A DNA stretch of 64,000 bases from an uncultured virus (IMG/VR IMGVR_UViG_3300042397_001048) (Duplodnaviria > Heunggongvirae > Uroviricota > Caudoviricetes > Crassvirales). Where the stretch lies: the IMG/VR virus record IMGVR_UViG_3300042397_001048; one strand, written 5' to 3'. Shown one piece after another: positions 39,869 through 48,672 of this stretch (its first letter is position 1; every line of letters begins with the position of its first letter). The notes under the pieces are model-generated. The model was given only the letters and a program-made list of their open reading frames with translations. It had not been told where the DNA came from and did not search any database. The position numbers and the translations under genes were made by a program.

Positions 39869-40332
39869 TTATATGGGGCATATGAAGTTTTTCCTCCTGA
39901 TTTACTTGCCCTTAATACTTGCTTGCGTTGTTTTCCAGATGATTCATATGATACATGGACCCAATCAGGATTTGTTTGAGTGCCAAACTCAAAAATTAAT
40001 TGATCAAAGTTTAAGTTATCTTTAATGTAATCAAATATCATTTTGTTAGTTACGCCACTAGACGAACCATCCATGTCAATATCCAATGCTTCACCTGAGC
40101 AATGTTGGCTTGTTAATGATCCTCCAATTTTAGAATTTAATTCTTTTGAACGATACCCACTTGAGATAAGAATAGGTACTTTAAAGTGATTACGTATTGG
40201 CTCAAATACTTTATTAGCCAATAATACTAAGTTGTCTGTGTGATCAGGTGTTGGCATATTACTTATGCCATTTCTTTTAGCTGAGTCTGATCGAGTAACC
40301 TCGGATAAATCTAAATGTTCTGATAGCTTCAT
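39865..40332 (-). CDS. Endolysin, peptidase M15A family
   Basis: ISSGYRS..LN..IGGS..SQH..GEA.D and FDQLIFE...WVHVSY motifs. Confidence 0.92.
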   Translation of the reverse strand: MKLSEHLDLSEVTRSDSAKRNGISNMPTPDHTDNLVLLANKVFEPIRNHFKVPILISSGYRSKELNSKIGGSLTSQHCSGEALDIDMDGSSSGVTNKMIFDYIKDNLNFDQLIFEFGTQTNPDWVHVSYESSGKQRKQVLRASKSGGKTSYAPYK

Positions 40333-40334
40333 TG

Positions 40335-40763
40335 TTATTTAATAAATGATATTTTTAATAATACTACAACTGTAAACATAAGTGTAAGAACACTAATATC
40401 TTGCGCAAATCTACCTATTTTTAATGATTGTTGTGTTTGAAGCAATATTTTGTTCTCCTCTTCACTTAACATATATGACTTCTGTGCCTTGTCTAATGAC
40501 TGCACATAAATAATCTTATCTTGGTCAAATACTTTTACAATTGATTTTAATGAATCCGAAATAGCTAATTGTTTCTTGTTATCTTTTTTTAAATTTCGAA
40601 ACAATGCATTGATATTATTTGCTTGACTTTCGGTCATTACGATTACCGTATCACCATTAATTATTTTTTTCTTTGGATATGTTTGTGCTGTCAATGATAG
40701 ATTCCATGAAAAAAGGAATATCAAAACTAGGATTAGACTTAACTTGTTCTTGCAGTTTTTCAT
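40335..40763 (-). CDS. Secreted or membrane coiled-coil protein of the lysis cassette
   Basis: N-terminal signal peptide, coiled coil and C-terminal hydrophobic helix. Confidence 0.55.
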   Translation of the reverse strand: MKNCKNKLSLILVLIFLFSWNLSLTAQTYPKKKIINGDTVIVMTESQANNINALFRNLKKDNKKQLAISDSLKSIVKVFDQDKIIYVQSLDKAQKSYMLSEEENKILLQTQQSLKIGRFAQDISVLTLMFTVVVLLKISFIK

Positions 40764-41028
40764 TTTTTTCCTCTAACTTCTCAATCGTTGATTCTAATGT
40801 ATTGATTTTTTGTGCTACTGCTTCAACCTTGTTAACCATTGCATTGTCAGCCTTTGCTCCAACATTAAATGCCATTGCCTGGTTTTTTTTTGCACGTTCT
40901 ATTATTGAAGTAAAGTCGTCTACTTTTACCAATACTTTTTTATCTTTTATTTCGGTATCTTTTTCTGCTACAGCAGAAACGCATCCACCCATTGACAAAA
41001 TAATAAATGCGTAAACCCAATAAATCAT
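40657..41028 (-). CDS. Putative coiled-coil lipoprotein (spanin-like)
   Basis: Hydrophobic N-terminus with SMGGC and a heptad region; overlaps the next gene by 107 nt. Confidence 0.55.
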   Translation of the reverse strand: MIYWVYAFIILSMGGCVSAVAEKDTEIKDKKVLVKVDDFTSIIERAKKNQAMAFNVGAKADNAMVNKVEAVAQKINTLESTIEKLEEKNEKLQEQVKSNPSFDIPFFMESIIDSTNISKEKNN

Positions 41029-41342
41029 TTAATATGACCTAATTCAGATAAAACCATTAATTTTGTTGAGCTTGCAGATAATAAGGAATCAGACTTGCGT
41101 AATTGATTTGTTAATGCATCAATTTTCATTTCAACCTTGTCTAATTTAGCCGATTGACCATCAATGTTTTTTGCATACATCATTTTCATGTCAACGTATA
41201 AATAACCAATGGCTAACGTGACAATGAACAACATTGCTTTAACAGGTTCTTTACTAAACTCCTTAAATGTTACAGGCATTTTGATTGAATCAATTGCTTT
41301 ATCTGTAACCTTTTGTGTTAAATTACTCTCTCGCTTCGCCAT
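41025..41342 (-). CDS. Single-TM coiled-coil protein (holin- or spanin-like)
   Basis: AMLFIVTLAIGYLYVD TM segment followed by a coiled coil. Confidence 0.55.
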   Translation of the reverse strand: MAKRESNLTQKVTDKAIDSIKMPVTFKEFSKEPVKAMLFIVTLAIGYLYVDMKMMYAKNIDGQSAKLDKVEMKIDALTNQLRKSDSLLSASSTKLMVLSELGHIK

Positions 41343-41565
41343 CTTCTTTATTGTTCAATGTTTTATATCCAGCAATCCCTAAAGCTGCCGCAGTAAAAGC
41401 CAAAAGCGAAACAAAAATAAATTCTTTGATAATAAGTTCCATCCCTAACAATCCGGTTATTAAATCACAAATAGTGATAATTATAACTAATGTAAGAGAA
41501 ATAAAAGCAGCAATTGATTGCTCATTAAGGTCGTTTGAATCTTTGAAAATATCCTTAAACCTCAT
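41323..41565 (-). CDS. Putative holin, 2 TM
   Basis: Two hydrophobic helices and a charged tail; lies in the lysis cassette. Confidence 0.55.
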   Translation of the reverse strand: MRFKDIFKDSNDLNEQSIAAFISLTLVIIITICDLITGLLGMELIIKEFIFVSLLAFTAAALGIAGYKTLNNKEDGEARE

Positions 41566-41719
41566 TGCGCTTATCTTTTAATAACTTATAAATTTTAAGG
41601 CATGTGTATCCGATTGATACAAGAAGTAAAAATAGACGAAGAGACGTTTCTATATTGCTAAAAGAAATAGCCAATACTATAGTATTCAATATTCCTATTT
41701 TCAAATCCTCTTCGTTCAT
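41555..41719 (-). CDS. Small holin-like membrane protein, 54 aa; absent from the ORF track
   Basis: MNEEDLKIGILNTIVLAISFSNIETSLRLFLLLVSIGYTCLKIYKLLKDKRNEV. Confidence 0.65.
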   Translation of the reverse strand: MNEEDLKIGILNTIVLAISFSNIETSLRLFLLLVSIGYTCLKIYKLLKDKRNEV

Positions 41720-41983
41720 TTACCAAAGAGCTATAATTCCAGTTGCAGTAGTTACCTCTGCGTAAACACGCAAAACTTTTACCTGTAAAATTTGTCCAGC
41801 AGGAACAGAACTAAATGTAACGATGTCGCCACCAATTGTCATTACCTTAATAACTCCTCCTGATCCAGTGTAAAGAGTACATCCTTGTGTGTTCTCTCCT
41901 CCTGATACGCTAGGAATATTAGCTGTGTTAGACGGGGTAACGGCAGCGGCACGACCTGCTTGTGTGTAGTTTAAAACTCCCAT
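41720..41983 (-). CDS. Capsid spike-base-like protein (RcGTA Rcc01079-like)
   Basis: AAAVTPS...LYTGSGG.IKV....G..VTF..VPAG.IL.V.V.RV pattern. Confidence 0.65.
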   Translation of the reverse strand: MGVLNYTQAGRAAAVTPSNTANIPSVSGGENTQGCTLYTGSGGVIKVMTIGGDIVTFSSVPAGQILQVKVLRVYAEVTTATGIIALW

Positions 41984-41984
41984 G

Positions 41985-42116
41985 TTATTTCTTTTTCTTT
42001 TGGTTCTTCATAGCAGCTTGTGCATTTTCTGCATAGTGCTTACGAGCAGCAGGTTTAAGCTTTTGGTTGCTTGCCTCTTTGATATCAAATGCTGTCTTTT
42101 TAGTTACCTTCTTCAT
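41985..42116 (-). CDS. Small basic protein, 43 aa; absent from the ORF track
   Basis: MKKVTKKTAFDIKEASNQKLKPAARKHYAENAQAAMKNQKKKK, with a TATCTTTG box at 42134-42141. Confidence 0.65.
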   Translation of the reverse strand: MKKVTKKTAFDIKEASNQKLKPAARKHYAENAQAAMKNQKKKK

Positions 42117-42141
42117 TTTTATTATTTATGTTACAAAGATA

Positions 42142-42420
42142 TTACTTTTTTTTCTTTCCTCTGGCACGTACATCACCAGCAGAATTTGACTTTGAACCAC
42201 GATTTTTACTAGCTGACTCTTCAATGACACGTCCATTCTTTTGATGACTCATATCTTTACCATCTTTATCAGCATACTGCCCACGGTCTCTGTTAATCTT
42301 ATTTAACTCGATGCGTTTTTTTAACTGATCAGGTCGCTTGTTATAGTCGGCTTGATACTCAAGTCTTTTCTTGCGAGCCTCAGGATGAGTAGCATAATAC
42401 TGCGCTGTTTTGCCTTTCAT
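42142..42420 (-). CDS. Basic protein with a degenerate HNH-like motif
   Basis: DGKDMSH...ESASKNRG. Confidence 0.55.
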   Translation of the reverse strand: MKGKTAQYYATHPEARKKRLEYQADYNKRPDQLKKRIELNKINRDRGQYADKDGKDMSHQKNGRVIEESASKNRGSKSNSAGDVRARGKKKK

Positions 42421-42560
42421 TTTTTCTTCTTTGCAAGAATCTTCTTCTCTTGCTTTAGCATTTCCTTAGTTGGCTTCTTTCCGCTTCCTTTATTGGCACG
42501 GATATTATCCCAAAGTCCTCTTTGAGACTTAGATCCATCTTTTCTTTTTAACAGTTCCAT
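42417..42560 (-). CDS. Small Lys-rich protein
   Basis: RKDGS.SQRGLWDNIRA..GSGKKPTKEML; start likely at 42560. Confidence 0.6.
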   Translation of the reverse strand: MELLKRKDGSKSQRGLWDNIRANKGSGKKPTKEMLKQEKKILAKKKK

Positions 42561-42817
42561 TTTCTTAGTGCTAGTGCTTTTCTTGTTGGTTCGCCATTTG
42601 GCTTCTTCATTGGTCCCTCCATGCCTGACATCCTTGCACAAAAAGACTTACGTCTGTTTGCATCTTTACTGCCTGCTTTTAACTTTGATGGAGGAGTGGT
42701 CACCGCTGTTTGTAATTTACTTCCAGGGTTTGCACGTCTATACGAGGCTACGCCTTTAGCGTTAAGCCCTCCTTTTGGGTCTTTGCCCTCTTTTCGTGTC
42801 CAAGCTGGTGTTGCCAT
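42548..42817 (-). CDS. DUF6321-like basic phage protein
   Basis: AWTRKEGK.PKGGLN.KG...RRKSFCARM.G...ALRKWNC. Confidence 0.7.
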   Translation of the reverse strand: MATPAWTRKEGKDPKGGLNAKGVASYRRANPGSKLQTAVTTPPSKLKAGSKDANRRKSFCARMSGMEGPMKKPNGEPTRKALALRKWNC

Positions 42818-43260
42818 TACTTCTTTAACAAATTAAGTCCCTTTAATTTTGCAATTATTTTATTAGCTTCTTCTTCAGCTTTACCTATCACCTCTTCCTC
42901 CTTATCTTTTATGTTCCAGTTGTTCAACAAGATATTCATGTGCATGGTCTCATGCATAATAGCTGTTGCTTGTTCGGTAAGGGAGTATTTTTTAAATGTC
43001 CCCATATTTAAAAATAAAAAAGGCTTGTAAGGGGCTTTGGCTGTTAGCTTTTTATCTGCTGGGTCATAATTTGTAAGACCATACATGTAAACACCGTTCC
43101 CTTTTGTCTTGTCTACCTCTTCTGCTTGTGCATCTAAGATATTGAGGCCATGCATCTCGGAGACATTATAATGTTTAAAGATATCAGTCGCATTATTGCC
43201 AATGACTAATATATAGTCACCCATGTCAAAATGCCTAATATTTTTAACTAATACTTTCAT
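42817..43260 (-). CDS. HEXXH zinc-metallopeptidase-like protein
   Basis: AIMHETMHM with a downstream EE. Confidence 0.55.
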   Translation of the reverse strand: MKVLVKNIRHFDMGDYILVIGNNATDIFKHYNVSEMHGLNILDAQAEEVDKTKGNGVYMYGLTNYDPADKKLTAKAPYKPFLFLNMGTFKKYSLTEQATAIMHETMHMNILLNNWNIKDKEEEVIGKAEEEANKIIAKLKGLNLLKK

Positions 43261-43451
43261 TATAGACCAATCTCTTGGTTTTTTATTTTGTCAGCGTAGT
43301 ACTGATCCTTTGATGTTGCAAAAGGGAACATGTCGTTCAACTTTTGCTGACGTTGGGCGCAACCACAGTCTTTACCTGCAACTGCCTCAACTACTGCCTT
43401 GATGCCGGTAACCTCGGTTACCTTAGCAACCAAATCTCCTAAGCCTTCCAT
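43260..43451 (-). CDS. Conserved hypothetical phage protein with a DCGC motif
   Basis: GLGD.VAK.T..TGIK..V....KDCGC..RQ.KLN..FP. Confidence 0.7.
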   Translation of the reverse strand: MEGLGDLVAKVTEVTGIKAVVEAVAGKDCGCAQRQQKLNDMFPFATSKDQYYADKIKNQEIGL

Positions 43452-43452
43452 G

Positions 43453-43587
43453 CTAGAACATTTTTTTAAGAGCCATTTTCTTGGCAGCTTTCATTACCTT
43501 AGCAGCTCTTACAATATCCGTAATGCCCATTGTTTGTGTAGGCATTGGTTTATTGATTGACGATTTTTCTTGTACTTTCTTAGCCAT
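43453..43587 (-). CDS. Small Lys-rich protein, 44 aa
   Basis: Likely start MAKKVQEK at 43587, directly after the upstream stop. Confidence 0.55.
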   Translation of the reverse strand: MAKKVQEKSSINKPMPTQTMGITDIVRAAKVMKAAKKMALKKMF

Positions 43588-43588
43588 T

Positions 43589-43969
43589 TTATTTTTGATT
43601 TTTAAATTCTGGATTAGGACTTTCTGATAATGGGTAATCTCTTGAGAACAAAGGCTTCTTGCCACCAGGAGTAGCACCACTTGCTTTTCTAGTCTTATAG
43701 CCTGATTGAGCCATAGCAGAAACGCCAACAATATTAGGAGCTTGTGCAACTGCTGCTACCTTTCCTAATAAACCTCCACCTGCAGCAGCATTTACGCCTT
43801 TTAATCCAGACTTAACGTCTTGTGCAAATGTCTTAAAACGATTAGTCTTTGGCATAACCTTTACTTCGGTTAATGTATCTGCCATGCCTTTGTTTATCCA
43901 ACCTTTCATGGCACCTTTAACTAACTTGCCTGCAGTTTTAGCAGGAGTTTCTGATTTCTTAATTGCCAT
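43589..43969 (-). CDS. Basic hypothetical protein
   Basis: 126 aa, Lys/Ala/Gly-rich, coupled to its neighbours. Confidence 0.6.
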   Translation of the reverse strand: MAIKKSETPAKTAGKLVKGAMKGWINKGMADTLTEVKVMPKTNRFKTFAQDVKSGLKGVNAAAGGGLLGKVAAVAQAPNIVGVSAMAQSGYKTRKASGATPGGKKPLFSRDYPLSESPNPEFKNQK

Positions 43970-44205
43970 TATTTCTTTTTGAAAAAATTAGTAAATGTAC
44001 CCATTATACCGTCAGACGAAGGAAGTGGCATGTCACGTCCTTTAGCAGGCTTCTTTTTAGGTGCAGACACTGGTGCCTGACCTGCTGTTCTGTAGCCTGT
44101 TGGACGAGAACGCTCAATCTTATTTAACTCATCCGCCATCTCGGCTTCGCCAACAAGTGGATATGATTTTTTCTTTGGTCCTTTAAGTTGAGATTGCTGT
44201 AACAT
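43969..44205 (-). CDS. Basic hypothetical protein
   Basis: 78 aa, first gene after the -7 box at 44230-44237. Confidence 0.6.
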   Translation of the reverse strand: MLQQSQLKGPKKKSYPLVGEAEMADELNKIERSRPTGYRTAGQAPVSAPKKKPAKGRDMPLPSSDGIMGTFTNFFKKK

Positions 44206-44229
44206 TTTTTTGTTATTTTAAAATTCAAA

Positions 44230-44246
44230 CAAAGATAGTAAATTTG
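44230..44246. promoter_or_regulatory. Back-to-back divergent -7 boxes
   Basis: TATCTTTG (minus, 44230-44237) and TAAATTTG (plus, 44239-44246) between divergent genes. Confidence 0.65.
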
Positions 44247-44266
44247 TTAAAATAAAATATACAATT

Positions 44267-44734
44267 ATGATTCTAACACTTGCACAGTTATTAATATTCG
44301 TCAGCTACGTAGGATATATTACTTACCGGTTTGGCGTGCTCCCATCTATCTCCGACTCCCACTACAAACTTAACACAGTTAGGCAAGGATATTTCTTTAC
44401 TATCTTCTGCTGGGCACTAGCCACCACCATGGTCTTCCAGTCTGACGAGTCCACCCCACTATACTTTTTCTCAGGAGCAGGGCTCGCATTTGTCGGTGCA
44501 GCATCTGAGTTTAAATGGACAGGAGCCAACACCCACATCGTTCACTACCTTGGTGCCGTTCTAGGCATTGGATGTGCAACTATGGCACTCTACTTTGAGT
44601 CAGGAATGTGGCAGCCATCAGTTATTATTGTTGTTTTCTCTGCACTTTGTGCCTTAAATAAGACCAAAAATGGCATCTTTTGGGTAGAAATTGTAGCTTT
44701 TGTAGCTATTATTACTGGATTAATCGTACGATAA
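44267..44734 (+). CDS. Multi-pass membrane protein
   Basis: About 6 hydrophobic helices; PSISDSHY motif. Confidence 0.7.
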   Translation: MILTLAQLLIFVSYVGYITYRFGVLPSISDSHYKLNTVRQGYFFTIFCWALATTMVFQSDESTPLYFFSGAGLAFVGAASEFKWTGANTHIVHYLGAVLGIGCATMALYFESGMWQPSVIIVVFSALCALNKTKNGIFWVEIVAFVAIITGLIVR

Positions 44735-45225
44735 TGGCTATCCGCACGTATATGATGCCTAAGGTCTACCGACCTAAGAAGTATCCACCCGTTACACGCA
44801 TGGAAATTGAGCATGATTTCCTAAAATACATAGGGCTTGTGCAGAAATATGTCCTTAGGCACTACGGACTGTCGGCTCCTTACTTCCAAATGCTCTGTTT
44901 TTTGCACTCGGAGGGTATATTTAACGTCAAGTCAATAGAGAAGTACAACCAGATACTAGGTTTTGCCCCAAAGAAGCGTAAAGATATGATTGATATGGGC
45001 CTTATCTCCGTATTTAGGAAGGGATCGTACCATACGGTACCCATGTATGAGCTATCTGCCAAGGGCAGAGCCATTATGCGTGATGTTTACGCAAGACTTT
45101 TAGGCGAGAAACCTATCACTGAAATTAAAATGCCCACTCGGTACTCCGAACGTCAGTTCAATAGAGTAGCCAAGCGGGCAAATGAGGATTTTAAAGCACG
45201 ACGACAACGTCCCGAATTGTTATGA
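44734..45225 (+). CDS. Winged-helix (MarR-like) DNA-binding protein
   Basis: YGLS....MLCFL...MG.ISV.R......YELSAKGR..M pattern; TAATG coupling at 44734. Confidence 0.6.
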   Translation: MAIRTYMMPKVYRPKKYPPVTRMEIEHDFLKYIGLVQKYVLRHYGLSAPYFQMLCFLHSEGIFNVKSIEKYNQILGFAPKKRKDMIDMGLISVFRKGSYHTVPMYELSAKGRAIMRDVYARLLGEKPITEIKMPTRYSERQFNRVAKRANEDFKARRQRPELL

Positions 45226-45448
45226 CGGTATATAGGTCCTCGTTGACCCGGATTGTGTGACCTGCAGCCTTATCAAAATAAATAAAGTTACCAGGAATCA
45301 CACCCTCCACCGTTGTGCCAACAGACACCACCGTCGCCTTCTTATATCTTAGCTCCTTTGTGTCAGATGCTGACATCAATAGCCCTCCTTTTGTCTTCGT
45401 CTCCTCTTCTTGAGGTACGATTAATATGTTTGGTCCAATTACTCGCAT
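45191..45448 (-). CDS. groES: Co-chaperonin GroES
   Basis: EETKTKGGLLM mobile loop and ATVVSVG motif. Confidence 0.9.
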   Translation of the reverse strand: MRVIGPNILIVPQEEETKTKGGLLMSASDTKELRYKKATVVSVGTTVEGVIPGNFIYFDKAAGHTIRVNEDLYTVITIRDVVVVL

Positions 45449-45490
45449 TATTTTATTTAAATTAGATAATAATAAAGATTGTGCTTGTAA

Positions 45491-45688
45491 TTACTTTAAC
45501 GTATCAAGAGTTTCGTTAAATGCTTTTAACTCAATAACTGTTCCGTCTACAAATACACATGTACCCTCATTCTCTCCAGCTTGGGTTATACCATTCTGAG
45601 ACAATTGTTTGATTGAAGCTTGATCTACCCAAGTTCTCACGTAAGCACCTTCTTCGTTTCTTGTTGTTAATTTTACAAAGTTACCCAT
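45491..45688 (-). CDS. Hypothetical protein between groEL and groES
   Basis: 65-aa ORF with a TATCTTTG box at 45731-45738. Confidence 0.6.
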   Translation of the reverse strand: MGNFVKLTTRNEEGAYVRTWVDQASIKQLSQNGITQAGENEGTCVFVDGTVIELKAFNETLDTLK

Positions 45689-45744
45689 ATTAATACTGTT
45701 CAGTCACCTGTCCCCGTGTTATTTTTTTTGCAAAGATACAATTA

Positions 45745-47298
45745 TTATGCCCTAATATTAGTTATAACTGTATCGGTTGAGAGCAAAGTTGTAGCAACAC
45801 TGACTGCGTTTCTCACCGCCTCCTTGGTCACCTTTGTCGGGTCGATGATGCCCATGTCCATCATATCTGCAATTGACATGCTCACCACGTTGACCCCTGC
45901 TCCATCGTTAAGCATCAGATGCTTCTTGGCCTGCTCATCGCTCATGCCAGCATTTGTTAGAATCTTAGTCATTGGTGACATTAAAGACTTCTTTAATATA
46001 CTGTAGCCCTTATTTATACTGTCGATTGAACGAGAGATATCTTTTAGTGCCACGCCACCACCTGGTAGTATGCCCTCTTCTAGTGCAGCCCGCACAGCAC
46101 ACACCGCATCGTCCACTCGGTCCTTCTTCTCCTTCTGCTCAATGTCTGACTGAGCCCCCACATAAATTACTGCCACGCCTCCACCTAGGTTAGCGATCCT
46201 CTCTTTTAAGAAGTCTTTCTCGATTGCACTCTCCTCCACCTTTAACTGCTCTTGCAGCTCCTCTACTCTCGCCTCCACATCACCCTGCTGACCCGGATCA
46301 CGGAGCAATGTATTGAACCTGCCACTGATGACCTTCTTTGCACGCCCTAGGTCGTCGACTGAGACAAGTGCTAGGTTGTCGCCCGTCTGCTCGCTGAAGT
46401 ACTTAGCCCCCGTCGCCATCGCTATGTCCTGCATCAACTGATGTCTCTTGTAGCCAAACTGTGGTGGGATGATAGAGCACACCTTTAACTTAGCCTTAAT
46501 CTTGTTGGCGTTTAATGTGTTGAGCGCATTCTCCTCAATCTCTCCCACAATTAATAGTGACCTGTTCCCCTCAAGTATAAACTCTAATATTGGGTATATG
46601 TCATTGATATGACTGATTGGCTGGTCTGTCACCAAAATGTATGGGTCCTCCAGCACGCACTCTTGCTTCTTGTGGTCAGTCACAAAGTACTTACTCGTGA
46701 AGCCTCTGTCTATCTTCATCCCACTAATAATTTCTGAGTATGTCAGCGCATCCTTTGACGGCTCTACTGTCACCACTCCGGTCAGCCCCACCTTACTGTA
46801 CGCATCAGCTATGATACGCCCCGTGTCCTCATCCCCGTTAGCAGAGATTGTAGCAACTGACTCAAGCTTCTCGTCTGTAATCTCCACCGACATCTCGTCC
46901 AACTTAGCCAGCACCTCAGTGGTCGCCTCTTGGATGTCTCTTAGCACCTGCGTTAAGTTATCGCTCGGCTCAATCTGACCCATCGCCTCATGGATGATAC
47001 TCTGTGCCAGCACCATGCTCGTCGTCGTCCCATCGCCTGCCGAGTTGGCAGTCTTCTCCGATGCCTCACGCATGATCATCACCGCTAGGTTCTCAGTGGG
47101 ATCCATAAGGTTAATTCCTTTACTTACGGAGACTCCGTCTTTTGTAACTGTGATACCACCAATGTGTTGTTCTGACTCCATCAACACGGTGCGTCCCCTT
47201 GCCCCAAGTGTCGATCCAACAGCGTTAGCTATTGTGTCAACCCCTTTGATTAATTTTTCTCTGGCTATCTTACCAGACTCTACATTTTTAACTATCAT
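45745..47298 (-). CDS. groEL: Chaperonin GroEL
   Basis: VTKDGVSV, AGDGTTT, EGILPGGG and GIIDPTKVT motifs; no GGM tail; TAGATTTG box at 47318-47325. Confidence 0.97.
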   Translation of the reverse strand: MIVKNVESGKIAREKLIKGVDTIANAVGSTLGARGRTVLMESEQHIGGITVTKDGVSVSKGINLMDPTENLAVMIMREASEKTANSAGDGTTTSMVLAQSIIHEAMGQIEPSDNLTQVLRDIQEATTEVLAKLDEMSVEITDEKLESVATISANGDEDTGRIIADAYSKVGLTGVVTVEPSKDALTYSEIISGMKIDRGFTSKYFVTDHKKQECVLEDPYILVTDQPISHINDIYPILEFILEGNRSLLIVGEIEENALNTLNANKIKAKLKVCSIIPPQFGYKRHQLMQDIAMATGAKYFSEQTGDNLALVSVDDLGRAKKVISGRFNTLLRDPGQQGDVEARVEELQEQLKVEESAIEKDFLKERIANLGGGVAVIYVGAQSDIEQKEKKDRVDDAVCAVRAALEEGILPGGGVALKDISRSIDSINKGYSILKKSLMSPMTKILTNAGMSDEQAKKHLMLNDGAGVNVVSMSIADMMDMGIIDPTKVTKEAVRNAVSVATTLLSTDTVITNIRA

Positions 47299-47351
47299 AT
47301 TCTATTTTAATTTGTTACAAATCTATATACAATTACTATGCCAAGCAACCA

Positions 47352-47858
47352 CTAGGTTATAATAATATACTTGCCAATAGAATCTCTGCCATCGATTATA
47401 CTACCCCCCTTACTATTGACACCCATCTTGAGCCACTTATTAAAAAGTTGCTTAGTCATAAATGACGTACGCTCACCAGACTTACCCAAGAACCCAATAA
47501 ACTCATCCTTGATCATGCTACTATGCACCTTAGAATATAGCATCGAGTCATATCTATTATCCAACCACTCCACAAACTCCTTGCACGTCATAGCCCTTAA
47601 CTGATACCTATTAATCTTCTGGTCCACACCAACCACCTTATCCCCAATCATGAACCACAAGCCTCGCTCATCCCTACCCTCACGAACACCATCAAACTCC
47701 GAACGAACCCAGTCATAGAAAAACTTCTTAGGCAACTGCTTAAAACTCCCGTTGCAAGAATCAACAAAGTTTCGATACATATGATACGCACGAATCTTTG
47801 AACCCAAAGGAAGATAGGCATCCTCCTTCCAATCATTAAACTTCTTTGGAACTACCAT
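47352..47858 (-). CDS. Protein made of two copies of the primase-helicase C-terminal domain
   Basis: RAMTCKEFVEW...KQLFNKWL...DGRDSIGKY aligns by eye with primase RAETNAEFVEW...KQRFNSWL...EGRDAAGKW. Likely ATG at 47858. Confidence 0.7.
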   Translation of the reverse strand: MVVPKKFNDWKEDAYLPLGSKIRAYHMYRNFVDSCNGSFKQLPKKFFYDWVRSEFDGVREGRDERGLWFMIGDKVVGVDQKINRYQLRAMTCKEFVEWLDNRYDSMLYSKVHSSMIKDEFIGFLGKSGERTSFMTKQLFNKWLKMGVNSKGGSIIDGRDSIGKYIIIT

Positions 47859-47899
47859 AACATCTGTTTTTTTAAATTCAAACAAATGTATGCATTTTT

Positions 47900-48220
47900 G
47901 TGTACAAGTGTAAGAAATATCTACAGTTTTCAAATATGGTTTCCATAGGTTGCATGGATAACTAACTGATAATCAGTATCATTTTTTGTAACATAATGTA
48001 TAAGTGTTCAAGTGTACACTTTATACCTCACTTACTTCTATATATAAATTAATTCCTCTATATATTTTATTTTTTTTTAATTTTCCCTTTTATTTTATTC
48101 ATTTGTACACTTTATAAATAAATAATATATAAATAACTATATATCAATAAGTTATCCATGCAGAGTAAGGAAAGTAAGTTTACATACTTCAGCATTTGTA
48201 CACACTTTTGTACACTAAAG
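47900..48220. repeat. Origin-like element, copy 1
   Basis: Five TGTACA, T-tracts, IHF-consensus TATCAATAAGTTA at 48142-48154, and a 13-bp inverted repeat at 47951-47963/48150-48162. Confidence 0.65.
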
Positions 48221-48224
48221 TAGA

Positions 48225-48353
48225 TTATCTACCCTGACCACGATACTTTTTAGGCTTGCGCTCCTTAGGACCGTAGCTCTTTTTGTACTTGCCAGTACCA
48301 CGCTTACCAAATGAAATCTTTCTTGAAGACCCTGATGTGTTAGACTTTGCCAT
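48225..48353 (-). CDS. Small basic protein ending KKYRGQGR, 42 aa
   Basis: ATG at 48353 with a TACCTTTG box at 48365-48372. Confidence 0.7.
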   Translation of the reverse strand: MAKSNTSGSSRKISFGKRGTGKYKKSYGPKERKPKKYRGQGR

Positions 48354-48672
48354 TGTTTTTTTTGCAAAGGTAAAAATTTTGTTAGAAAAATAGGGGTGTT
48401 GGGTATCCACCACATTTTACGCCAAGCGGCCCGATCCGGAAACGGGTTGAATCGACCTAGGGGGGGTCGGATTTCAAACTTTTTCTGTAGGATTTTTGGC
48501 TTTTTCTTACTTAGCCATCTCGCTAATTAGTTAGTTAGATAATTATCTAATTGACTACAGACCGCACGGCACAATTAGACGTTTGCCTAATTATCTATTT
48601 AATTGGCCTGCTAAATTGCTACTATTACCCGACCCAATTCGAACAATACAATTAGCAATGTAGCTAATTACC

